36,087 nt of DNA, from assembly GCA_023246145.1 (NCBI GenBank), contig JAHFIZ010000002.1, positions 1-36,087 of the forward strand. Direction: 5' to 3'. Every line of letters begins with the position of its first letter. The first letter of the stretch is position 1. The notes beneath the pieces were generated by a model. It saw nothing but the letters and a program-made list of their open reading frames with translations. It did not search any database and was not told the DNA's origin. Shown in pieces: positions 7,932 through 15,426 of the stretch. Origin of the DNA: Candidatus Uhrbacteria bacterium (GTDB lineage Bacteria; Patescibacteriota; Patescibacteriia; UBA9934). Position numbers and translations under genes: made by a program.

Positions 7932-8074
7932 ACCCACGCTAATAAAGACGGTCTCGTGACCGACTCCATTAGCGTGGGTCTGTATTCGAAAGGATACAGG
8001 GCGATTCCGAAAGGTTTCGTCGTCGGTTCGCGGGACCTTTTGTGTTCCGCAAAAATCAAATCCCACGCTAATAA
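7932..8074 (+). promoter_or_regulatory. structured 5' leader with three copies of an 11-13 nt element able to form mutually exclusive helices
   Basis: acccacgctaat (7932-7943) and its exact reverse complement attagcgtgggt (7968-7979). A third direct copy cccacgctaataa (8062-8074) ends 1 nt before the ATG at 8076. Further small hairpins lie at 7980-8001. Confidence 0.4.
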
Positions 8075-8075
8075 T

Positions 8076-9140
8076 ATGAAAAGATGCCCATTCTGCGCCG
8101 AAGAGGTGCAAGATCAGGCGGTGAAGTGTAAGCACTGCCAAAGTCAGTTAACGAGTTCGTCAGGTTCTGAGAAAAAGGGGGAGGAAAAAGTGACAGGTTC
8201 GTCAAAGCCAAGTGGCGGAGTCCTTGATCCGCTTCTTTCCGTTTTCAGCATGCCCGTGCTACGCGTCATGCTGTGGGGTATGTACTTCATGGTCTTTGTC
8301 AGTCTGCTCGCTTCAGCGCCATTTTTAGCCCTGCTATTCCTCTTGCCGCCTGTTTGGACTATTCGCACCACAAAGGATCGCGACAAGCCCGTACAACGCC
8401 TCAAGGCGTGGAAGAACCACAAGGTTCGTATCGCTTTCAGCGTGGTTTTTGTTTTATTTGCACTTATTGCATCTTCCGCCAATGCTGACAAGGAGAAGAA
8501 AGATCGCATGATTGCCGAGTATCCCGTACCCGTCATCGCGGTCATGAGTGCTACGGGCGATCAGGGAGACGCGACGACATATCTTCTTCAGCTCACTGTA
8601 ACGGACGCGGATGCCGTGACGGTCAACAGTGCCTCCGTTGAATCAAATGGATCGGGAGTCTACGAGAAAGAGATTCTTCTTGCAGAACCTTCGACAACGC
8701 TTAATATCAAAGCATCCAACGAATACAAGAATGCTGCCACGAGCGTCGTGGTTACTCGCAACATGACCGAGGAGGAAGTTGCAGAGGAAGCCCGTAAAGA
8801 AGCTGAAGCAAAGGCAGAAGCCGCACGGAAGGAAGCCGAAGCTGCCGCGAAACGTGCACAGGAAGAGGCAGAGCAACGCGCATGGGAACAATCCAAAGCT
8901 GGCAAGATTTGCTCCCGTCATCCTGAATGGACGGAGGAAACCTGCAAGGATGTTGCTGACAACAAAATCTGGATCGGCATGGAATACGACATGCTTATAG
9001 AGCAACGTGGCAAACCAAGCTCGGCTAATCCGTCGAACTACGGTTATGGCACGCAATGGCAGTGGTGCTGGTCCTGGGACTACGATGTGAGCTGCTTCTA
9101 CGACAACAACGATGACGGCATTATCGATTCCTATAACTAA
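8076..9140 (+). CDS. zinc-ribbon membrane protein with a coiled-coil and a C-terminal globular domain
   Basis: The ORF track gives 7956..9140. I prefer the ATG at 8076 (MKRCPFCAEEVQDQAVKCKHCQ, a CxxC-N10-CxxC zinc ribbon). TM helices MLWGMYFMVFVSLLASAPFLALLFLLPPVW and IAFSVVFVLFALIASS. Ala/Glu/Lys coiled-coil EEARKEAEAKAEAARKEAEAAAKRAQEEAEQ. Confidence 0.7.
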   Translation: MKRCPFCAEEVQDQAVKCKHCQSQLTSSSGSEKKGEEKVTGSSKPSGGVLDPLLSVFSMPVLRVMLWGMYFMVFVSLLASAPFLALLFLLPPVWTIRTTKDRDKPVQRLKAWKNHKVRIAFSVVFVLFALIASSANADKEKKDRMIAEYPVPVIAVMSATGDQGDATTYLLQLTVTDADAVTVNSASVESNGSGVYEKEILLAEPSTTLNIKASNEYKNAATSVVVTRNMTEEEVAEEARKEAEAKAEAARKEAEAAAKRAQEEAEQRAWEQSKAGKICSRHPEWTEETCKDVADNKIWIGMEYDMLIEQRGKPSSANPSNYGYGTQWQWCWSWDYDVSCFYDNNDDGIIDSYN

Positions 9141-9144
9141 AGCT

Positions 9145-9573
9145 ATGGGTATCAAAGCATGTCCGTATTGTGCGGAAGAGATTCAGGAAGAGGCTGTCAT
9201 CTGCAAGCACTGCAAATCAAGCCTCAAGGAGACCGATGCTCCCAAGGAAGCAGGGGTGACTACCGCCAAGAGCGACAAAGCCTTCGGTGCGGCAACGGGT
9301 TTCTTTGGAGGTTTGGGATGCGGCATTTGGCTCATCATCTTCGGGCTACTCATCAGCCTCACGGGCATTGGGGCGATCATTGGCATCCCGCTCGCTCTCG
9401 CGGGGCTGCTCATGCCCTTTATCGCTCCTGTGATGGGTTTGGCGCAGGTTTCGGGGCAATGCCCGCACTGCACCAAACATCTCGTCGCCTCGTCGATTAA
9501 AGGGGCTGTGACCTGCAAGTATTGCAAAAAGCGGGTTGTTATCGACAAGGGCAAGTTCGTACGGGTCGATTAG
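9145..9573 (+). CDS. double zinc-ribbon membrane protein
   Basis: The ORF track gives 9112..9573. I prefer the ATG at 9145 (MGIKACPYCAEEIQEEAVICKHCK), whose N-terminus is paralogous to the preceding gene. Gly-rich TM segments follow, and a second ribbon CPHC...CKYC lies at the C-terminus. Confidence 0.7.
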   Translation: MGIKACPYCAEEIQEEAVICKHCKSSLKETDAPKEAGVTTAKSDKAFGAATGFFGGLGCGIWLIIFGLLISLTGIGAIIGIPLALAGLLMPFIAPVMGLAQVSGQCPHCTKHLVASSIKGAVTCKYCKKRVVIDKGKFVRVD

Positions 9574-9581
9574 AGCAACAG

Positions 9582-9610
9582 CGCCTTCCATTCGCGTGGG
9601 AGGCGTTTTC
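9582..9610 (+). terminator. intrinsic terminator after the zinc-ribbon gene pair
   Basis: cgccttcc (9582-9589) pairs with gggaggcg (9598-9605), with one G-U pair, followed by tttt (9606-9609). Confidence 0.65.
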
Positions 9611-9648
9611 GGTAAAACGACCGTTCAGAAACCTAATAACCTAATCGT

Positions 9649-10185
9649 GTGTCTGATTTTCCTGTACTTTGTATGGTGGTAAGCTATCCTCAACACGCTT
9701 GTTCAGTCATAAAAATCACGAATATGCAGGTCTTATTAAACGGTCGGTTCACCGATGAGGAACGGTCAGAGCTGGGAACGGTAATGCGGAAGATTGATTC
9801 GAATATTGATGTTCATGAAAGCATTACAAAGTCACAGGATTTGGTAGAGATCGTACGTGCGTCTTTGCAGGTAGATTCGCTTCCGCAGCTATTGGTCGAC
9901 GGTGTTATTTTCGAAGCGATCAAAGAGTCTACCCTCGCACTATACCGATGGATCAAATCTAAAAAGCCAGATGCAGAACTCCATCTCAACATTCGCTGCA
10001 CTATCGAGTCTAAGACGACCATTCTCGCTATTCCTGAAAAAGAGGAAGATATCTCTAAGTTTTTTGAAGGCGTTGACGATGAACTGAAAGAGTCTGGTGC
10101 GTCTCTTTTCACGTCAGAGAAATATCGAGTTATAAAAATGACAAGTGAAAAAATCACCATTGAGGATTTCAAACCTAACTCCTAA
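9649..10185 (+). CDS. hypothetical protein, gene A of the four-gene cassette (alternative start ATG 9724)
   Basis: 178-aa ORF from a GTG. An ATG at 9724 (MQVLLNGRF...) would give 153 aa. No motif recognised. The stop is 2 nt before the next start. Confidence 0.6.
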   Translation: MSDFPVLCMVVSYPQHACSVIKITNMQVLLNGRFTDEERSELGTVMRKIDSNIDVHESITKSQDLVEIVRASLQVDSLPQLLVDGVIFEAIKESTLALYRWIKSKKPDAELHLNIRCTIESKTTILAIPEKEEDISKFFEGVDDELKESGASLFTSEKYRVIKMTSEKITIEDFKPNS

Positions 10186-10187
10186 CT

Positions 10188-11759
10188 ATGGACGCTGAAA
10201 AGAACAATCAAAAGCGCCAGCTTTGCCTTGACCACACTGAGGAGCTGCTGAAGGGTGCTTTGATTTTGTTGGATGGTAAGCTCGACCATCTCTCTTTTCA
10301 TCTCTCAACCCTCGCTCTTGAGGAGATCGGAAAGATCTCGCTCATCGCAACGCAGGCCATCGCTTCGGATGCTGGAAAATATCCAAACATAAACTTGGAC
10401 ACCGATGATCATGAAAAGAAGTTATTTTGGGCGATTTGGGGGCCATCATTCGGACGACAAAAGGTCACTCAAAAGCAGTTGGAGGAGCAGCAAGGACTGG
10501 CTAAAAACATTCACAAAAGACGTAAGGATTATTTGTATACAGATCCAAGTAATCCCGTTACGTGGAGACAAAAAATGGAAGAGGGCGAGGCACAGTCGCT
10601 CTATGATTTCGCCAACACAAGATACCAGCTTGAGATCGCAAATGGAGGAATGCGTACAGACATGACCGACAAAGAGTCCCAAACTCTCAAATGGTTTTTG
10701 GATGCGTGCGACGATCCAGAAAAGCGTAATCAAATCTTTGGGAATAAGTCTCAAGAAAAGCTCATAGAACTCGGAAGTGTTCACGATTGGATCGAGTGGC
10801 TTAAGGGCGTATACGACAAAAACGAAGAAGAAATGCTAGAGTTGGTAAAAGCCGAACTTGCAAGAAAGAAGCCTGCAACAAAAGAAGAGGCCGAAAAACA
10901 GAAATGGAGGGTTAAGATGAAGATCGTAACCCCATCGCATTCGATTCGAAATAGCAAGTGTTTTTTGGCTTTCAACGAGCATTCGGATTACATCAAACTA
11001 TTCGCGGTCGACAAAAATACTCTGACGCTTCAGTTGTTCCTTTCAAAAAATGTTCCAGTGCACGCCGTATGGGATCAGGGGTGGATGATCTCAAGGATGT
11101 TTGTCACCGCCCTCAACATCGCGACACGTGGCTTATTTTGGTGGAACGTTCCCGTCGATACAGCAAGATACTATGAGGAAATCTGGGATATAGAAAATAA
11201 TCACGGAGTGGCGGTTGAAATGAACCCGAAGCTTGAACTGAACTGGAAGGAAATGCGGTGGGTACTCCGTCCCGTTGACCTAACGGTTACTTCAGTCGTT
11301 TTTGCGTACCTCTCTCATCTGAAAACGCAAGATAACATGGAGGCGTTGAATCTATATGCCAGCGGGCTTAGCCTTTTGGCAAAGAATGATGTTCATCTTC
11401 GTCTTGAGATGAACTCCTTTGAGCAGTTCTATCTGTCACTGAAAACAGCTTTGGCCAAAAACGCACATTGGGATGGAAAGACGGATTTAGTAGCTGCAGT
11501 GTTTGCCCAGATCAAATGGCTTTATAAGGGCGATATGGAGAGTCTAAAAGAAGTCTTTGGATTGGCTGCTGAGATCGAATCAGCGCATCAATCGAGCAAG
11601 CCCATAACTCTCAGTGAGGTCATGATCATGAAGTCTTTTTGCGACATCTATTTCTTAAAACTTGCAAAGGCTTATATTGAGATACGTGAAGGAAAAGAGT
11701 TTCGATTCGTCGCTGGAGAAGAAGACGATCAGACAGAGGATACCCCTTCCTCTACATAG
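10188..11759 (+). CDS. AbiV-like HEPN-domain protein with a ~400-aa uncharacterised C-terminal extension, gene B
   Basis: 523 aa. The N-terminal ~120 aa carry LKGALILLDG...LSTLALEEIGK (res 43-49), DDHEKKL (73-79) and RRKDYLYTD (111-119). These match my recollection of the AbiV/HEPN_AbiV signature (EE.GK helix, H..K, R...LYvD). The remainder has no motif I recognise. Confidence 0.65.
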   Translation: MDAEKNNQKRQLCLDHTEELLKGALILLDGKLDHLSFHLSTLALEEIGKISLIATQAIASDAGKYPNINLDTDDHEKKLFWAIWGPSFGRQKVTQKQLEEQQGLAKNIHKRRKDYLYTDPSNPVTWRQKMEEGEAQSLYDFANTRYQLEIANGGMRTDMTDKESQTLKWFLDACDDPEKRNQIFGNKSQEKLIELGSVHDWIEWLKGVYDKNEEEMLELVKAELARKKPATKEEAEKQKWRVKMKIVTPSHSIRNSKCFLAFNEHSDYIKLFAVDKNTLTLQLFLSKNVPVHAVWDQGWMISRMFVTALNIATRGLFWWNVPVDTARYYEEIWDIENNHGVAVEMNPKLELNWKEMRWVLRPVDLTVTSVVFAYLSHLKTQDNMEALNLYASGLSLLAKNDVHLRLEMNSFEQFYLSLKTALAKNAHWDGKTDLVAAVFAQIKWLYKGDMESLKEVFGLAAEIESAHQSSKPITLSEVMIMKSFCDIYFLKLAKAYIEIREGKEFRFVAGEEDDQTEDTPSST

Positions 11760-11767
11760 AGTTTTTT

Positions 11768-12268
11768 ATGATAGCAATCGGCTCCAAACTCATTCCACAG
11801 CGTGATCTGCTTTTTCGGGCGTGGTCTGGAAATCCTCTTGCGCACACCTTTGGTGGCAAAGCTGTTATCGACTTCGAAGTTCGTCCAATGTTCGCGGAAC
11901 TTGCCATAGCCGAAACATTGAAAAAAGAAGGCTACTCGACGCGCTGGGCGGAAACGTATGGGCGTGGCAATAAGCTCCCCCTATTCCTCACTGAATGGCT
12001 GGATCGACCGTACGGGGAACAGAAGGACGTACCAATCACCGAACAATGGATTCTGGACATCCTTGCGGGCATCGCAAGCCTCAACAACGGCTCGTACGCG
12101 GGCTGCTGGGACGTTTTGGCATGGAAGGGCGACAAACTCCTGTTCGTGGAGTCAAAACGCAACAAGCGCGATTCAGTGCGAGATTCGCAGGTCGCGTGGC
12201 TGGATGCTGGATTGAAATACGGGCTTACTCCCGAGAACTTTCTTGTAGTGCAGTGGGATTTTGAATAA
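11768..12268 (+). CDS. VRR-NUC / PD-(D/E)xK family nuclease, gene C
   Basis: 166 aa. GCWDVLAWKGDKLLFVESKRNKRDSVRDSQVAWLDAGLKYG gives D115, E128-x-K130 and the downstream Q141 that is typical of VRR-NUC domains. Confidence 0.75.
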   Translation: MIAIGSKLIPQRDLLFRAWSGNPLAHTFGGKAVIDFEVRPMFAELAIAETLKKEGYSTRWAETYGRGNKLPLFLTEWLDRPYGEQKDVPITEQWILDILAGIASLNNGSYAGCWDVLAWKGDKLLFVESKRNKRDSVRDSQVAWLDAGLKYGLTPENFLVVQWDFE

Positions 12269-12929
12269 TGGATTTTCTATGAACAGCTTAAAAATCGTGA
12301 AAGGAGCAGTGAGTGGTGCCATAGACGCAGCGCTCTCAACCAATCCCGTTATCGCCATTGCATGGGGAGCGATTAAAGGTGGCGTGAGCGAGATGCGCGA
12401 AAAACGTGGCATCGAACTCGTTGCTTTTATTGAGCAGCATTGCACAATACAGCAGTTTGCTGATCCTAACTTTGTGGATGGCATTGGGCTTACTTTTGAG
12501 GCGTTCATCCGCGAACGGAACGAGAAAAAACGAGAGATAATCAAACAGGTTTTTCTTGGATTTTCGTCTGCAGAAGACAGGGAATCCTTTGAGCTGGAAC
12601 GTTTCTACGAAACATCGAAACTCATCTCTGTCGATCAGCTTAAGGCGTTTTCTTTGTTCAAGGAACAGAAAAGTATTGAACTGGTGAGTGAAGGGCGTGG
12701 AAAACCAGTGTCACACGAACTCGTTGAAGATTTACGATCTCTTGCGTCCTTGGGATTGGTGACAATCGACTTGCAAATAGAGGTGGAGTCAGAAGAGGAG
12801 GTGGAAGGTGATAGAGACGGCGGGTATGGTTCAACAGGCAGGTTAGTTCCCAAGATGTGGAAAGGAGAATATGCTGACATTACTGCCTTCGGCACTTCAT
12901 TTTTGAGCTACTTAAGGAAAACCGTATAA
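12261..12929 (+). CDS. hypothetical protein, gene D (more likely start ATG 12279)
   Basis: The ORF track starts at a TTG that overlaps the gene C stop. The ATG at 12279 gives MNSLKIVKG.... Gly/Ala-rich hydrophobic N-terminal segment GAVSGAIDAALSTNPVIAIAWGAIKGGV and an acidic C-terminal stretch ESEEEVEGDRDGG. No family recognised. Confidence 0.6.
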   Translation: MNNGFSMNSLKIVKGAVSGAIDAALSTNPVIAIAWGAIKGGVSEMREKRGIELVAFIEQHCTIQQFADPNFVDGIGLTFEAFIRERNEKKREIIKQVFLGFSSAEDRESFELERFYETSKLISVDQLKAFSLFKEQKSIELVSEGRGKPVSHELVEDLRSLASLGLVTIDLQIEVESEEEVEGDRDGGYGSTGRLVPKMWKGEYADITAFGTSFLSYLRKTV

Positions 12930-12939
12930 TGCCAACATT

Positions 12940-13428
12940 ATGAAATCTCACTATTTTGCCGTGATTGTTGTCGTAACCTTCTTATTGACTGGAGCAGGAT
13001 GTATGAAGAATACGCCGTCTCTAGAGGATCGATTGACTACTTATGAGGCGGAACGAAAAGTTTGCGTACAAGAAAGACGAGACTCGTTTGATCTTTCCTA
13101 TAAGGGTCAGTCCGCAGAATGGGACGAGTATGAGCAGCAAAAAGCGGAATATGCCTGTTCTACGGTTGATCTGGCTAAAAAATACTACGCGGAAGACCCA
13201 GAAGGGATCGTCGAGCTTTGCGTCCGCACAGAACAGATCGGAAACTATACATATGAAAAGGGATTGGGAGGAGCATTCACAAAGAGTGAACTGGATCAAC
13301 TCCATCAGGCAGGTACGTTCGCTGATGTAACTATGGATGAACGTGGCATGGTAACCATTGGAGATGATACGTTGGAAAACTGGCGAGGACTGTGCCGAGA
13401 TGTGATTGAAAATGTTGTTAGCCCCTAA
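12940..13428 (+). CDS. small secreted protein or putative lipoprotein
   Basis: 162 aa. Signal-like N-terminus MKSHYFAVIVVVTFLLTGAGC with Cys at position 21. Hydrophilic, Cys-containing mature part. Confidence 0.6.
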   Translation: MKSHYFAVIVVVTFLLTGAGCMKNTPSLEDRLTTYEAERKVCVQERRDSFDLSYKGQSAEWDEYEQQKAEYACSTVDLAKKYYAEDPEGIVELCVRTEQIGNYTYEKGLGGAFTKSELDQLHQAGTFADVTMDERGMVTIGDDTLENWRGLCRDVIENVVSP

Positions 13429-13686
13429 AATCCGTAATCCACTCATTTTGCCCGATTTTGTCTGGTTCCTTGATGCTGTATCTCTCTATACTACGTCATG
13501 TGTTCCACTCCATGATGGGGAGAAGGATAAACGCGCTCTTTAGCCTGAAAAAGCCTCGTTTTTCGCAATCCCGCTTGCACTAAGCACTGTCGACCACCGT
13601 TTCAGGTCTGAAATGATAGTGTTCCAATGCTCAGTGCAGTAGCTCACCAGGCCGTCGAACAGCCTTTAAAGCCGTTCAACAGAACC

Positions 13687-13725
13687 AAACAAAACCTCCA
13701 GTAAAAACTGGAGGTTTTGTTTTGG
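13687..13725. terminator. bidirectional intrinsic terminator
   Basis: aaacaaaacctccag (13687-13701), loop taaaaa, ctggaggttttgttt (13708-13722). A- and T-runs are built into the stem flanks. Confidence 0.7.
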
Positions 13726-13795
13726 GGAGGATCATAAGCTAAGGCTACCTCTTCGAAACGCAGAAGAGTCGCAAGCTCAAAACAGAGTACTTTTT

Positions 13796-13824
13796 TTGAC
13801 TTTATGCATATTTTGTTGTAAAAT
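13796..13824 (+). promoter_or_regulatory. sigma-70-type promoter (TTGACT-N17-TAAAAT) for the acyltransferase gene
   Basis: TTGACT at 13796-13801, a 17-nt spacer, TAAAAT at 13819-13824, preceded by a T-run. A 7-bp hairpin gttgccg/cggcaac plus tcttttt follows at 13830-13858, then aagggg before the GTG at 13874. Confidence 0.6.
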
Positions 13825-13873
13825 GGTATGTTGCCGGTAGGTATCGGCAACTCTTTTTCACAAGGGGTGATGC

Positions 13874-15040
13874 GTGGTTCTTTCTCCGAAGCGTCAACCA
13901 ACGCATGACGTGCCGGATCTAGAGGTCCCGCGTCAGTCTCATCGTATTCTTGGATTCGATGGCCTCCGGGCATTCGCTGTCCTCATGGTTCTCACGTACC
14001 ATTTCCTGCAGGGAGCTAATCTGCCCTATACGTCAGGTGGATTGCTGCAGGCGGTTCTTAACGTGATCTACAAAGGTGGGCTTGGCGTGGATCTGTTCTT
14101 CGTCCTTTCCGGTTTCCTCATGACGGGGATTCTGCGAAAAGAAAAGGCCAACGCCAAAGAGTTCAAAAGGTACTGGTGGCGATTTGCAACGCGCCGTGCG
14201 TTCCGCATCCTGCCCATCTACTACCTTCTCGTTGTGGTGGCATTTTCCCTCACGCTGGACAGCGAAGAAGCGCTGGCCGTTCCGTGGTGGGCGTTTGTAA
14301 TCCATCCGTTACCGTTGCAGAACTGGCTGCTCGGGTTCGGATACCACACCTCGGAGGTCCTGAGCGTGACGTGGTCGCTGGCCGTTGAAGAGCACTTCTA
14401 CCTCTTCTGGCCATTCGCCGTCTGGTTCCTCCGACGAGAGGGGCTGAAGCGTTTGACCGTGTGGCTTATTTGCCTAGCTTGCGTTATTCGGCCGCTCATC
14501 TACGTGGCGTACGGCTATAGCGCGGTGTACCAGCTAACGGTGACGCGGATGGATGCACTCCTCATGGGTGCGCTTGCGTATCTGCTCTACTCCGAGCGAC
14601 ACGTACTGTCCCGAGTATGGGCGCAACGACTGGCGTTCCCGTTGCTCCTCGCACTTGCGCTGCTCGTTAGCAGTGGCTATGCAAATCCCGAAACCTTCCC
14701 CTACGCGATCGCGGGGTATCCGTTCGTGGCGCTCACGTTCGGGGTCCTGGTTACGGCAGTGCGTGAGCTGCAAACTCATCGGTTTGTACGCGCCCTTGAA
14801 TGGAAACCGCTGTCCGTTCTCGGAGACCAATACTCGTATGGGCTGTACGTCTGGCATCTCCTTGCCCTCGCCCTCGCGTATACAATCCTAGATGCGATTG
14901 AGCTTTCGCCGCATAACTCCCTCATGGGGTTCGCCGCCTTAACCCTCAGCTTCCTCAGCATCCTCGGAGTCATCGTCTTCTGGAGCAGAAGATATGAGCG
15001 GTGGTGGCTGTTCGTCAGGGACCGCCTGACGCGCGAGTGA
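13874..15040 (+). CDS. acyltransferase family 3 membrane protein (O-acyltransferase type)
   Basis: 388 aa, about 10 TM helices. N-terminal ILGFDGLRAFAVLMVLTYHF and later WSLAVEEHFYLFWP are typical of the acyltransferase_3 family. Visibly higher GC than the island to its left. Confidence 0.8.
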   Translation: MVLSPKRQPTHDVPDLEVPRQSHRILGFDGLRAFAVLMVLTYHFLQGANLPYTSGGLLQAVLNVIYKGGLGVDLFFVLSGFLMTGILRKEKANAKEFKRYWWRFATRRAFRILPIYYLLVVVAFSLTLDSEEALAVPWWAFVIHPLPLQNWLLGFGYHTSEVLSVTWSLAVEEHFYLFWPFAVWFLRREGLKRLTVWLICLACVIRPLIYVAYGYSAVYQLTVTRMDALLMGALAYLLYSERHVLSRVWAQRLAFPLLLALALLVSSGYANPETFPYAIAGYPFVALTFGVLVTAVRELQTHRFVRALEWKPLSVLGDQYSYGLYVWHLLALALAYTILDAIELSPHNSLMGFAALTLSFLSILGVIVFWSRRYERWWLFVRDRLTRE

Positions 15041-15111
15041 AGCAGCTGGCCGTGCCCCTCCCTGGGCCGGCCTTCTTTTTTACAGAAATGGCATGATCCG
15101 CTATCCTTTCC

Positions 15112-15396
15112 GTGCATCGCAACCCATGGAGGACCCTGATGCTCGTCGTGCTCACCTTCCTCGTCTTTCCCCTCGCCTGTTCTTCCCCTCGTAGCCCCTC
15201 CGGCTTCACCCCTCCTGACTCAAGCGACGACCAGGCCGACTGCGAAGGCATCACCGTGTTCGTTCCTTTGAACGGCAAGTGTGAAGCCTGCTGTCAGTTC
15301 AGCGATAGAAAAGAATGTGAAGTGGAATACGGGATCTCCTGCCCTCCGCAGTGTATTGATCCTGTAGACCTCGACGTGACCTGTCCTCTCCCCTAG
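15112..15396 (+). CDS. small Cys-rich putative lipoprotein
   Basis: 94 aa. Signal peptide plus lipobox-like LVFPLAC|SS. Nine further Cys in the mature part (DCEG, CEACC, ECEVEYGISCPPQC, TCP). Confidence 0.55.
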   Translation: MHRNPWRTLMLVVLTFLVFPLACSSPRSPSGFTPPDSSDDQADCEGITVFVPLNGKCEACCQFSDRKECEVEYGISCPPQCIDPVDLDVTCPLP

Positions 15397-15426
15397 CCTC
15401 GCATGGCTAGGTGTTCAAGCGTTCTT

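Larger units (their letters stand above)
5254..13725. mobile_element. putative integrated element or genomic island at the 3' end of tRNA-Glu; right boundary uncertain
   Basis: The recombinase abuts the tRNA. The following ~8 kb contain only unrecognisable or defence-like genes. A bidirectional terminator (13687..13725) and a fresh consensus promoter (13796..13824) mark a transcriptional break. I found no tRNA-derived direct repeat; serine recombinases would not need one. Confidence 0.4.

Noticed and set aside
7956-8075. The N-terminal 40-codon extension of the zinc-ribbon protein given by the ORF track (MTDSISVGLYSK...).
   Set aside because: The extension is translated from the hairpin-rich leader containing the repeated motif. 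The paralogous downstream gene starts right at its zinc ribbon, so the ATG at 8076 is the more plausible start.
13429-13686. About 260 nt with no ORF before the bidirectional terminator at 13687: possible sRNA with a TATACT -10 near 13487.
   Set aside because: I found no convincing -35 or conserved structure. It is equally well explained as a long 3' UTR of the 12940..13428 gene. I leave it uncalled.
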